Of a DNA stretch of 64,000 nucleotides, positions 26,897-36,081 are shown in pieces. How positions within the stretch are numbered: the stretch's first letter is position 1; every line of letters begins with the position of its first letter. The translations under genes and the position numbers were made by a program. Source of the DNA: Candidatus Methylobacter oryzae (GTDB lineage Bacteria > Pseudomonadota > Gammaproteobacteria > Methylococcales > Methylomonadaceae); the NCBI GenBank assembly GCA_945861405.1, contig CAMAUL010000005.1:1629-65628 (forward strand), in the 5' to 3' direction. The notes beneath the pieces were generated by a model. The model was not told the origin of the DNA, searched no databases, and saw only the letters and a program-made list of their open reading frames with translations.

Positions 26897-27379
26897 ATGA
26901 ACCGAAAACCAGGTCAGAACCGATTCTTTGATATTGATGGTGATGTTTCAATTCAGTTGGCTCCATGGGTATTAATAAAAAAAGGATACCCAGAAGGCAT
27001 AGCCTATTTTGATCTTAAAATCCCAATACGCTTTTACAGTGATATTGCTAAAGGGGTTATTGTTGTCCCGGAAAACTATCGATCAGACTTGGCATCAATT
27101 CCTCAGTTTGCTTGGTCTATTTTTATGAAACCAGATGACCCACGAATCGAGCTGGGCGGCTGGATACATGATTATCTTTATGAATTAGAAGGAAAAGATA
27201 TACCGTTGGAAGGTGGGAGGAAAGTGTCATTAAGTCGAAAAGAAGCCGATAGGGTACTTACAGAGGAAGCTATGCCCGACCTCTTTGCAAATGACTTCCA
27301 GTGCGAGACCGTTTATCAGATCCTGCGTAAGTTTGGCAAAGGCTGGGCAAACGATTCGTTTTGGGAACGTTTTGATTAA
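26897..27379 (+). CDS. DUF1353 domain protein
   Basis: 'SDLASIPQFAWS........GGWIHDYLY......SRKEADRVLTEEAM' matches the DUF1353 pattern. Start at the Met with RBS AAGGAAA; the ORF track starts at 26852. Confidence 0.65.
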   Translation: MNRKPGQNRFFDIDGDVSIQLAPWVLIKKGYPEGIAYFDLKIPIRFYSDIAKGVIVVPENYRSDLASIPQFAWSIFMKPDDPRIELGGWIHDYLYELEGKDIPLEGGRKVSLSRKEADRVLTEEAMPDLFANDFQCETVYQILRKFGKGWANDSFWERFD

Positions 27380-27434
27380 CATTAAGGCAACTGCTTTCAG
27401 CTAGACATATATTTAAATAAAATTTTCTATCATC

Positions 27435-28388
27435 ATGACAAATAACGAAAATTACTGGTTCATGCTCCAGTTCAAATTGAAGCTTTATCAAGCAACTGGT
27501 GAAGAATTTCAACGCTTATTTAATAGCGTAATGACGGCTAGTCATGGTGAAAATTATCAGTCTGTACGGCCTTGGGGAATCGAAGGTGATGGTGGCAATG
27601 ATGGGTACTTAGCTAACGAAGGGCGTTATTTTCAAGTTTATGCGCCAAGTCCTACAACTAAAACGAATGAAGCATATGCCGTTAAAAAGGCTAAAGACGA
27701 TTTTCATAAATTAAAAGAGAGTCAATCAAACCTAAAACACTATAGTTTTGTGCTAAATGATCGTTTTGTCGGTGGTTCTAAGCCAGTACATCAAGCTTTG
27801 ACTGAAATTTCTAATACACATAATATTCCCACTTCAGTATTCAATAGCGGACATCTTGAACAACGTTTCTTAGGACTGGATAACAACCAGAAGATGAGTA
27901 TAGTTCAAGGGGTGCCCCTTGAGGTTCCAAAATGGATTGATCCACGGATGGTATCGGAGTTACTTGAGTATCTTACTAAATCGTTTAATTTTTCATTGAA
28001 TTTAATGACCGACCAGGACACAGCGCCTGAATTTGAAAAGAAAATTCAAATTAACAACCTCCATCCTGGAATTTCTAAACATTTACGATTGTATGCAAAT
28101 CAAGTTGGAGAGGTTAATGCTTTTTTGAATGCTCGCCCTGGAATGGCGCAAAACATTGCTGATGAGTTACATGAAGTCTATATTGATAGCTTATCTGCAA
28201 TACCTAATACAGAAAAAAGTGCTACGGATTTACGCTTTGTCTATATTTTAGAGCGCATTATACCTCCTGTGGTTAAAATAGATCCCATGCAACGCAGTGG
28301 GTGGCAGCAGATTGCCTTGATTGTCATGGCTAAGTACTTTGAAACTTGTGATATTTATGAGCACCCCGATTCCACTTATTCCACATAA
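27435..28388 (+). CDS. candidate effector of an ABC-3C/Lamassu-like system
   Basis: 317 aa. The N-terminus 'EEFQRLF...WGIEGDGGNDGY...YFQVYAP' resembles an Mrr-like PD-(D/E)xK layout but lacks the usual Lys. The C-terminal ~200 aa are uncharacterised. Overlaps the next gene. Confidence 0.55.
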   Translation: MTNNENYWFMLQFKLKLYQATGEEFQRLFNSVMTASHGENYQSVRPWGIEGDGGNDGYLANEGRYFQVYAPSPTTKTNEAYAVKKAKDDFHKLKESQSNLKHYSFVLNDRFVGGSKPVHQALTEISNTHNIPTSVFNSGHLEQRFLGLDNNQKMSIVQGVPLEVPKWIDPRMVSELLEYLTKSFNFSLNLMTDQDTAPEFEKKIQINNLHPGISKHLRLYANQVGEVNAFLNARPGMAQNIADELHEVYIDSLSAIPNTEKSATDLRFVYILERIIPPVVKIDPMQRSGWQQIALIVMAKYFETCDIYEHPDSTYST

Positions 28389-28638
28389 GCATATCCGTTT
28401 TTCCGAGAGCATTTTGCTACTCGCTGGATTTGTGCGCACTTACTTGCTTGATCGCCCGCAAACCTTGGATGAGCTATGGACGCGACTTCATAGCCTACGG
28501 AAAGACCATGTTTGGCTTGATGATATATCATTTTCCAGGCTTGTGCTTGCAGTGGATGTCCTGTTTGCTATAGGGCAAATTGATAGTATCAAGGATGATT
28601 ATATCGGTTTAAAGGACTCCTCTAATGCGACTGATTAA
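28357..28638 (+). CDS. small middle-component/adaptor protein of the three-gene system
   Basis: 93 aa. Overlaps the upstream gene by 32 nt and the downstream gene by 14 nt. The start is uncertain (a TTG at 28321 is also possible). Confidence 0.5.
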   Translation: MSTPIPLIPHKHIRFSESILLLAGFVRTYLLDRPQTLDELWTRLHSLRKDHVWLDDISFSRLVLAVDVLFAIGQIDSIKDDYIGLKDSSNATD

Positions 28639-30337
28639 ACTATCTGCCAACCAGCCAGGTTTCAAAACGATACATTTCAATCCACAAGGCTTGACCCTTA
28701 TTGTTGGGGTCTCATCTGGCGGAGAGCAAGAAGGTAATTCAAATGGTGTTGGCAAATCACTTGCGTTGCGATTAGTGCATCACTGCCTTGGAGCAAATGC
28801 TAATAAAAATTTCAGTGAAAAACTTCCTGAGTGGGTTTTTCGCCTTGATTTTGAAATTAATGGGCAGTTTCACACTATAGAGCGTAGTGCAGACAGCAAG
28901 ATAATAACACTGGACAACCAGTCGATTAAATTGAGGAATCTAACAAATTGGTTGAATGAAAGTGGCGTCTTTGACCTTACGGCCGCCTCTAATCTTCCTA
29001 TTACATTTCGTTCGCTTATCAAACGATTTGCTCGATTAGAAAAATCCGACTGTATAGAGCCAGACTCCACAGCTAAAGAAACGCCTTTCGACGCGCTAAT
29101 ACGCACACTTTTTCTTTTAGGTTTAGATGTTAGTTTGGTATCACGTAAACATGAATTTAAAAAGCGCATTGATGCTTTAAAGAGCGCGAGCCAATTATGG
29201 AAAATCAATCCAGCACTGCATGACATGTTTCGTGCAGGTGATGATGCGCGCATTCGCGCTAATTGGCTAAAAGATAAAATACCTGAATTAAAAGAGCAGC
29301 TTGGTAGAATGGTAGTAGCAGAAAACTATCGAGACCTGGAGCAGGAAGCTAATAGACAAACACTATTATTGCGCGGTATATCACAAGAAATTGAGTTACT
29401 GAAATTTCAAGTTAAGGGTATTTCTGAGCTACTTGTTGAACACCCAGATGTTAGCTCTCAAGAGCTCTTGGCGTTATATAAGGGATTGGAGGGTGTTTTT
29501 AAAGCAGAAGCGTTAAAACACTTCGAGGCAGTTGAGCAGTTCCATAGCAGTTTGACTGAGAGCAGAAAGCGGAGGCTTTTAGGTGATCTTACACGGATCA
29601 ATGCAGAAATCGAAACCAAACAGTTTGAGCAGAAAAAGCTGGAAGAACAGCGCGACAAACTTCTGCAATCGTTGATAGGTAAAACAGCTTTTGAAGAATA
29701 TCGTGCAGTAGCTAATCAGCTTGCTCAACAGGAGCAGGAACTTAAAGCCCTCAATGATTATTTGGAATTCGACGTCAACGTTAATAAGGAAACTTTGAGC
29801 ATTAAAGAAACCATGCTCCACGATACTCATCAAGCCGTTACATATCTTGAGAATAATCCTATTGCTGAACTAGAAACCCGTTACCGCACACTCACACAAC
29901 CTTTATATCCAAATGCAGCTTCCGGCATCACCTTTGAAAATAATACAGGTGAAAATATGATGCGCTATACGTTTAAGCCTCGCCTCGAAGGGTCGGGTTC
30001 TGATGGTATTAAAGATGCTCGGTTGTTATGTTTTGATTGGTTGGTTTTCATGCACGGAGCAAATCATACAATGCGCTTTCTTTGGCATGATAATAGGCTT
30101 TTTGCACACCTTGATCCCGGTGTCCGTGCCAGATGGTTTTCCCTTGTATTGACAGAATTAAAATCAACAGAAAAACAGTACATCGCTACTATTAACGCAG
30201 AAAACTATGACAGCATGCTTACATGGCTTTCTGAGAAAGAGAGAGCAATCTTAGAATCTCCAGGCGTTAAAGCTTTAGAGTTACGTGGCAACCAGCCAAG
30301 AGATAAACTTCTTGGGATTCAAGTTGATTTACAATAA
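28625..30337 (+). CDS. SMC-like ABC ATPase with coiled-coil insert (DUF2326/YydD-like)
   Basis: Walker A GNSNGVGKS near the N-terminus. E/K/L/Q-rich coiled coil over ~aa 190-400. C-terminal signature-like GSGSDGIKD and Walker B/D-loop-like MRFLWHDNRLFAHLD. Confidence 0.7.
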   Translation: MRLIKLSANQPGFKTIHFNPQGLTLIVGVSSGGEQEGNSNGVGKSLALRLVHHCLGANANKNFSEKLPEWVFRLDFEINGQFHTIERSADSKIITLDNQSIKLRNLTNWLNESGVFDLTAASNLPITFRSLIKRFARLEKSDCIEPDSTAKETPFDALIRTLFLLGLDVSLVSRKHEFKKRIDALKSASQLWKINPALHDMFRAGDDARIRANWLKDKIPELKEQLGRMVVAENYRDLEQEANRQTLLLRGISQEIELLKFQVKGISELLVEHPDVSSQELLALYKGLEGVFKAEALKHFEAVEQFHSSLTESRKRRLLGDLTRINAEIETKQFEQKKLEEQRDKLLQSLIGKTAFEEYRAVANQLAQQEQELKALNDYLEFDVNVNKETLSIKETMLHDTHQAVTYLENNPIAELETRYRTLTQPLYPNAASGITFENNTGENMMRYTFKPRLEGSGSDGIKDARLLCFDWLVFMHGANHTMRFLWHDNRLFAHLDPGVRARWFSLVLTELKSTEKQYIATINAENYDSMLTWLSEKERAILESPGVKALELRGNQPRDKLLGIQVDLQ

Positions 30338-30420
30338 TGTGTAAAAGCGAGGGTGTAAGAATTTTTGTGTAAATGGTCATTTGGTAGGAAACTGCCACCA
30401 CTTTTAACGAGGAGTTAGAA

Positions 30421-30510
30421 ATGACCGTAAGCAATGAACTGATTGACAGCCTGCTGGCTAATTATAAGAAACCCGAAGACCTAATTGGTGAATACGGAAT
30501 TTTAAAGCAA
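30421..30510 (+). pseudogene. IS256-family transposase, first ~30 codons only
   Basis: MTVSNELIDSLLANYKKPEDLIGEYGILKQ matches the conserved IS256/mutator N-terminus. The frame then runs into the antisense of the ATPase gene. Confidence 0.65.
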
Positions 30511-31182
30511 CAGGCTGTCCGCCGCTGCATCGTCCAGGTTGCGCAAATGCTGCGGGGATAAATAGCTTGGGAATGTCGAAGTCATGGCATCAGGCAGGCG
30601 CTGAAAATGCTCCGCCAACGGCAAGCGCGAGGCCACCACCAAGGCTAATTGAGTAGCGGTGATGAGGGAGCGTAAGCCATTATAAAATTGCGGCACCTGA
30701 AAACCGGCGTGGTGTTGGGACTCCAGCAGCTGCTCGAATTCGTCCACCAGCAACACCGGGCGACCTAAGCTGTTATCGGACAATTGCCGCAACAGCCGTT
30801 CGAAGCTGTCGAAATCGGCATCCGGCGAGTGTTGCAGGTTTTGCAGCAGTGCTGCGGAATCAGGCAGGATTACCGTGTCGGGCAGGACGGTCAAAATCCC
30901 CCTTATCGCCAAGCCGTAAAAGCGTCGGGCATCGGTGATGTTTTGCAGGTCAACGCGGACTAACAGCAAGGGCGGTGTGCCCGGTGCGGGACGATGTGCG
31001 GGGTTATCCTGCAAATGGTTGAGGAACGAGGTTTTGCCCATGCGTCGCTCACCGACTAGGTTTACGGATTCGAACTTGCCCAACGCGGCATGGATCAAGG
31101 CAAAAGTTTCCTCGCGCCCAAACAGCGGTTCGTTGGCCGTTAAAGGCCGACCAACGGCAAACGGTGACTGCGGTGCATCCAT
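30502..31182 (-). pseudogene. STAND/AAA-type ATPase, 3'-truncated by the IS256 stub
   Basis: Walker A GERRMGKTS and Walker B LLVDEFEQL. Only 226 aa, and the last codons and stop are supplied by IS-derived sequence. Confidence 0.6.
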
Positions 31183-31234
31183 GACAGTGTCCTAATGTTG
31201 TTATTTTGTAGCGGCTTTAAATTTCAGGGCATTT

Positions 31235-31315
31235 GGAGTCGCGACTTTAGTCGTGATGATGGCTCATCATCACGACTTATACATGAATGCTCATGCGCGA
31301 CTAAAGTCGCGGCTC
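31235..31315. repeat. GGAGTCGCGACTTTAGTCG-type palindromic repeat
   Basis: GGAGTCGCGACTTTAGTCG ... CGCGACTAAAGTCGCGGCTCC, with an inner hairpin TGATGATGGCTCATCATCA. Confidence 0.75.
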
Positions 31316-31464
31316 CGTTTATGGTTTTCTTGCCTTTTAAAATAGAGGGTTATTTTTCTGGTAGGGATTTTAACCGGATAAGCAATAAAAGTAATCACCT
31401 CACTAGCGGTGCTAATTTTTTGATTGGTTTTGCCTTTCCGTATAAAACAAGATACAGTTAAGCC

Positions 31465-31767
31465 ATGCATACGATTTTAACAACAGACGTTTTTGATTCG
31501 TGGTTTGGGCAGTTGCGCGATAACCACGCAAAGGCGCGCATAAAAGTCAGGCTACGCCGGGCTGAAGATGGTAATTTCGGCGATGTAAAACCCGTGGCTA
31601 AAGGCATCTCTGAAATGCGCATTCATTACGGCCCCGGTTATCGGCTGTATTTCATGCAAAACGGTTTCGAAATCGTGTTGTTATTGGCTGGCGGCGATAA
31701 ATCAACGCAAGCCGATGATATTCAAACGGCAGTAGCGCTGGCGAGAAAACTGAAGGAGGGAAAATGA
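31465..31767 (+). CDS. RelE/HigB-like addiction-module killer protein
   Basis: 100 aa. 'F..W...L.D..A...I..R..R...GN.GD.K.V..GISEMRI..GPGYR.YF.....EIVLLL.GGDKS.Q..DI' is the typical pattern. Confidence 0.8.
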   Translation: MHTILTTDVFDSWFGQLRDNHAKARIKVRLRRAEDGNFGDVKPVAKGISEMRIHYGPGYRLYFMQNGFEIVLLLAGGDKSTQADDIQTAVALARKLKEGK

Positions 31768-32087
31768 CTGTAAAATTAAATAAATGGGATGTGCTCGATC
31801 ATCTTAAAACGGAAGAGGATATGAGGCTGTATCTGGAAGCCTGTTTTGAGGAAGCGGGGGATGATCCCGCTTTTATTGCCAAGGCTCTGGGCGATATAGC
31901 AAAAGCCCGCAGCATGACGCAATTGGCTAAAGATACTGGCTTGGGCCGGGAAAGTCTGTACAAAGCCTTGTCAGGCGAGGGTAATCCGAGTTTTGGCACG
32001 ATCCTAAAAGTGATTAAAGCGTTGGGACTTAAACTGCATGTTCAGGCTGTCGATAAGGAGGATGAGCCTTTAACGCATGTAAATTGA
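31764..32087 (+). CDS. HigA-like addiction-module antidote protein (HTH)
   Basis: ATGA overlap with the toxin gene. 'YL....EE.GDDP.FIA.ALGDIA.A.SM.QLA..TGL.RESLYKALS..GNP.F.T...V..ALGL'. Confidence 0.8.
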   Translation: MTVKLNKWDVLDHLKTEEDMRLYLEACFEEAGDDPAFIAKALGDIAKARSMTQLAKDTGLGRESLYKALSGEGNPSFGTILKVIKALGLKLHVQAVDKEDEPLTHVN

Positions 32088-32214
32088 CCGCAGGCGGTTT
32101 TTTATGAAATAGCCGCCAATTTGCGGCTTACCGCGAGTATCGCCAGTCATTGTCTATTTTGTATCGTTTCCACGAAGCGGGTCACTGCCATTAAGTTAAT
32201 GAGAACAATAAAAA

Positions 32215-32916
32215 TTAAGCCCTTGCGCACACCCAAACATCGACCCGGCTGGCTCCGGCTTTTTTCAATACATAGGCCAGTTCATGGGCTGTTGTGCCGG
32301 TGGTCATTACATCATCGAGTATTGCGATATGCCGGGCCTGGATCGGCTTGATGATCGAAAACGCATTCTTCAGGTTTTTGCGGCGTCTTTTTGCGGGTAG
32401 TTGGGTTTGATGCGGCGTGTCGCGGTGCCGCTTGCAACTGGTTAAATCCAGCGGAATCTGCATGTCCTTGGCGACGGTTCTGGCGATTTCTATGGCTTGA
32501 TTGAAGCCGCGTTCGCGGTAACGGGTTTTATGCAGCGGCACCGGTATTATCAAGTCGGGTAGTTCTGCGGTTTGTTTTAAGTGCTCGGTCAATAATAGGC
32601 CGAGCAGGCGGGCATTCTTGTAATTGGCTCCGAATTTCAAGCTGCCGATCAAATGTCGGATGGCTCCTTGGTGAATAAACGGCGCGACAGTCTCGTCAAA
32701 GGCTGGATGCCTGCTCAGGCAGCGACCGCACAGCACCGGCGCGGTGGAGGGTGGTTCCAGTATTTCTGCACACCGATAACAGCTCAGGTTATTCCGGGGT
32801 AGCTGCATGTAGCACGAATGGCAAATGTCGCGGGAATTGTGTCCTGGATTTCCGCACAAGATGCAGGTAGGCGGCAGCAGGTAATCCTGTATAATATTGA
32901 TCCAGTTGTATACCAT
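32215..32916 (-). CDS. comF: ComF family protein (PRTase-like)
   Basis: N-terminal Cys-rich zinc-ribbon motifs (C..C...C..C) and a C-terminal PRTase motif ILDDVMTTGTT. Confidence 0.8.
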   Translation of the reverse strand: MVYNWINIIQDYLLPPTCILCGNPGHNSRDICHSCYMQLPRNNLSCYRCAEILEPPSTAPVLCGRCLSRHPAFDETVAPFIHQGAIRHLIGSLKFGANYKNARLLGLLLTEHLKQTAELPDLIIPVPLHKTRYRERGFNQAIEIARTVAKDMQIPLDLTSCKRHRDTPHQTQLPAKRRRKNLKNAFSIIKPIQARHIAILDDVMTTGTTAHELAYVLKKAGASRVDVWVCARA

Positions 32917-32999
32917 TTTTATTTGATCAGGTTGACAAGTTTATCGTCGTTCGCGATTGATGGGCTTCGTACCTCAGTCTTACACTGGAGCTTAACAGA

Positions 33000-33971
33000 A
33001 TGTCTGCAAACCCTGCAATTCGCCATGACTGGCAGTTGGACGAAGTGCAAGCGCTTTATGCGTTGCCTTTTAATGACCTGATTTTTAAGGCGCAAATCGT
33101 ACACCGCGAGAACTTCGATCCCAATGAAGTTCAGATTAGCAGCCTGTTGAGCATTAAAACCGGCTCCTGTTCCGAAGATTGCGGCTATTGCCCGCAAAGC
33201 GCCCGTTATGATTCCGATTTAACGCCTGAGGCATTAATGCCGGTTGATAAGGTTTTGCAGGCGGCGCAACAGGCCAAAGATCAAGGCGCATCGCGTTTTT
33301 GCATGGGCGCGGCTTGGCGTCAGCCTAAAGATCGGGATGTGGAACGGGTGGTGGAAATGGTTCAGGGCGTTAAGGCGCTGGGTATGGAAACCTGCGTAAC
33401 CTTAGGGATGCTGACCGATGCGCAAACGGCTCGGTTAAAAGAAGGCGGCCTGGATTATTACAATCACAATCTGGATACTTCGGAAGATTATTATTCCGAG
33501 GTCATTACTACGCGGACTTATCAGGATCGATTGGATACGCTGGCGCGGGTCAGGGATGCCGGGATTAGCGTGTGTTGCGGCGGCATTGTCGGCATGGGCG
33601 AGAGCGATGTAGATCGCGCCAAGCTGTTAATCGAACTGGCAAACCTGCCCAAGCATCCTGAAAGTGTGCCGGTCAATATGCTGGTGCAGGTTGAGGGCAC
33701 GCCGCTAATGGGCACCGAATCGTTGGATCCGATCATCTTTATCAGAACCATAGCGGTTGCCAGAATCATGATGCCCAAGTCGCGGGTGCGGCTGTCTGCA
33801 GGGCGCAATAACATGAGCGATGAAATGCAGGCGCTGTGCTTTTTGGCCGGAGCCAACTCGATTTTTTACGGCGATAAGTTATTGACCACCGATAATCCGA
33901 TGACTAACCATGATTTGGCTTTGTTTGAGCGGTTGGGGGTGTATTCCGGTGGTTCGAGTTATGCGAATTAG
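33000..33971 (+). CDS. bioB: biotin synthase
   Basis: Radical-SAM motif [11 protein letters not shown]. Typical length (323 aa). Confidence 0.95.
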   Translation: MSANPAIRHDWQLDEVQALYALPFNDLIFKAQIVHRENFDPNEVQISSLLSIKTGSCSEDCGYCPQSARYDSDLTPEALMPVDKVLQAAQQAKDQGASRFCMGAAWRQPKDRDVERVVEMVQGVKALGMETCVTLGMLTDAQTARLKEGGLDYYNHNLDTSEDYYSEVITTRTYQDRLDTLARVRDAGISVCCGGIVGMGESDVDRAKLLIELANLPKHPESVPVNMLVQVEGTPLMGTESLDPIIFIRTIAVARIMMPKSRVRLSAGRNNMSDEMQALCFLAGANSIFYGDKLLTTDNPMTNHDLALFERLGVYSGGSSYAN

Positions 33972-33990
33972 GCGAAAGGCTAATTTATAG

Positions 33991-34092
33991 AATGGAACAC
34001 GGATGACACGGATTAGGCTGATATTCACGGATAAAACATGAAGCAGTTAAATCCGCTTTAATCCGTCTTATCTGTGTCATCCGTGTTCTATT
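33991..34092. repeat. REP family A copy
   Basis: AATGGAACACGGATGACACGGATTAGG ... TATCTGTGTCATCCGTGTTCTATT. Confidence 0.85.
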
Positions 34093-34111
34093 TGTTAATT
34101 ACAGGTTATTT

Positions 34112-35281
34112 ATGACGCCCCCATTTTCAGAATTAGCATCCAGCCTCGACGATATTGCCCGGCAGGGCCTGTATCGATCAAGGCGGGTCATCGCATCCCC
34201 TCAAGGCATTAAGCTGGAAATCGACGGCAGGAATGTTGTCAATTTTTGCAGCAATGATTATTTGGGGCTAGCTAATCATCCTGATGTGGTTGAGGCGTTT
34301 AAAGCCGGTGCGGATTGCTACGGGGTCGGCAGCGGTTCGGCGCATTTGATTTGCGGGCACAGCGCGGCTCATCATGCGTTAGAAGAAGAATTGGCGGCAT
34401 TCACCGGTCGCGACCGGGCGTTATTGTTTTCCACGGGCTATATGGCCAATATCGGTGTGATCTCGGCTTTATTGGGTCGCGGTGATGCGGTGTTTGAAGA
34501 CCGGTTAAATCATGCCTCTTTGTTGGATGGCGGCCTGTTGTCCGGGGCGCGATTTAAGCGCTATGCCCATGCCGATGTGACTGATCTCGAAGCAAATCTG
34601 GAAAAAGCCTCGGGTCGCAAGATGATCATGACCGATGGCGTATTCAGCATGGATGGCGACTTTGCGCCTCTTAACGAATTGGCGACCACCGCGAAAAAAC
34701 ATGATGCTTGGCTGATGGTTGACGATGCGCACGGACTGGGCGTTATCGGCGAACACGGCGGCGGGATAGTTGAACATTACGGGCTTGGTCAGGATGATGT
34801 GCCGGTGTTGATGGGAACTTTAGGTAAAGGCTTGGGTACTTTCGGCGCGTTCGTGGCAGGCTCAGAGGTGCTGATTGAAACCCTGATCCAGAAAGCTCGC
34901 ACTTATATATACACTACCGCGTTACCGGCGGCGGTTGCCGAGGCGACGCGGGCTAGTTTGAAAATTGCTATTGAAGAAAGCTGGCGCAGGGACAAACTCA
35001 AACAACTGTCGGGGCGATTCAGGCAGGGCGCAGAGCAGTTGGGGTTAAAGTTGATGGTGTCATCATCGGCTATTCAGCCCATCCTGATCGGCGACAGTCA
35101 AACAGCCGTAGACATCAGCAACGCTTTATTGAATGCCGGTTTTCTAGTTAGCGCGATTCGCCCGCCGACAGTGCCTCAAGGCAGTGCAAGGTTACGGGTG
35201 ACTTTTTCAGCCCTGCATGAGGAGCAACATGTCGACCGGTTGTTGGACGCGCTGTCCAAAGCAAACGCAGGCTGCAAGTGA
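34112..35281 (+). CDS. bioF: 8-amino-7-oxononanoate synthase
   Basis: PLP-dependent class II aminotransferase pattern (NDYLGL, DDAHG, GTLGKG). Located in the bio operon. Confidence 0.9.
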   Translation: MTPPFSELASSLDDIARQGLYRSRRVIASPQGIKLEIDGRNVVNFCSNDYLGLANHPDVVEAFKAGADCYGVGSGSAHLICGHSAAHHALEEELAAFTGRDRALLFSTGYMANIGVISALLGRGDAVFEDRLNHASLLDGGLLSGARFKRYAHADVTDLEANLEKASGRKMIMTDGVFSMDGDFAPLNELATTAKKHDAWLMVDDAHGLGVIGEHGGGIVEHYGLGQDDVPVLMGTLGKGLGTFGAFVAGSEVLIETLIQKARTYIYTTALPAAVAEATRASLKIAIEESWRRDKLKQLSGRFRQGAEQLGLKLMVSSSAIQPILIGDSQTAVDISNALLNAGFLVSAIRPPTVPQGSARLRVTFSALHEEQHVDRLLDALSKANAGCK

Positions 35282-36081
35282 CAAAAATTCACCTGGAAAC
35301 CTTCGGGCAGGGCAAGCCCATTGTGTTGGTGCATGGCTGGGCGATGCATACCGGCATCTGGCGGGAGTTTGCCCGGAAATTGGCGCTTAATTATCAGGTT
35401 ATTTGTGTCGATTTGCCGGGTCACGGGCGTAGCGAAGCAATCGATCCGTTTACGCTGGAACGGATCAGCGCCGAGTTGGTTAATGTAATCCCCGAACAGA
35501 GCTGTTGTTGGCTGGGCTGGTCGTTGGGCGCAACGATAGTGCTTGATGTAGCTGCCCGTTATCCTGAGCGTGTGTCTTCGCTGGTTTTGCTGGCAGGAAA
35601 CCCCGCGTTCACCGTAGGGGCGACCGGCCGGTCGCCCGAAACGCAAACACAATGGCCGGGCATGGACATCCGCTTGCTCAATGATTTTGCCGGGCATTTA
35701 AATAAGAATTGTCAGGCGACCTTGCTGCGTTTTTTATCCTTGCAGGTAAACGGCATGCCCAATCAGAAAGCCCTGTTGAAAGCGCTTAAAACATCCGTGT
35801 TTGAATGTGATGCGCCGGATAAAAACACCTTGCAGGGCGGCTTGGGTATACTGAAAAAGGCAGACCTGAGGCCGGTTTTATCGGGCTTAAATATTCCCGT
35901 GTCGGTCATCTTGGGCGGTCTGGACACCTTGGTTCCTGTTGCCGTAGGCCAAAAAATACAGCAGTTATTGCCCAGTCTTGAACTAAACATTATCGACAGG
36001 GCAGGGCATGCGCCGTTTTTATCGCACAGCCGGGAAACGGTGGTGATTATTTCCCGATTTATGGAAGAGCGATGCAGTTAG
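35278..36081 (+). CDS. bioH: pimeloyl-ACP methyl ester esterase
   Basis: Alpha/beta hydrolase with nucleophile elbow GWSLG. GTGA overlap with bioF. Confidence 0.85.
   Translation: MTKIHLETFGQGKPIVLVHGWAMHTGIWREFARKLALNYQVICVDLPGHGRSEAIDPFTLERISAELVNVIPEQSCCWLGWSLGATIVLDVAARYPERVSSLVLLAGNPAFTVGATGRSPETQTQWPGMDIRLLNDFAGHLNKNCQATLLRFLSLQVNGMPNQKALLKALKTSVFECDAPDKNTLQGGLGILKKADLRPVLSGLNIPVSVILGGLDTLVPVAVGQKIQQLLPSLELNIIDRAGHAPFLSHSRETVVIISRFMEERCS

Noticed and set aside
31195-31461. 88-aa ORF between the truncated ATPase and higB.
   Set aside because: It is mostly read through the GCGACTTTAGTCG palindromic repeat.
18287-32100. Intact prophage.
   Set aside because: No terminase, portal, capsid, tail or lysis genes are recognisable. 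The content fits an integrative satellite plus a degraded islet.
32917-32999. BirA operator between comF and bioB.
   Set aside because: No convincing dyad resembling TTGTAAACC-N-GGTTTACAA was found in the 83-bp gap.
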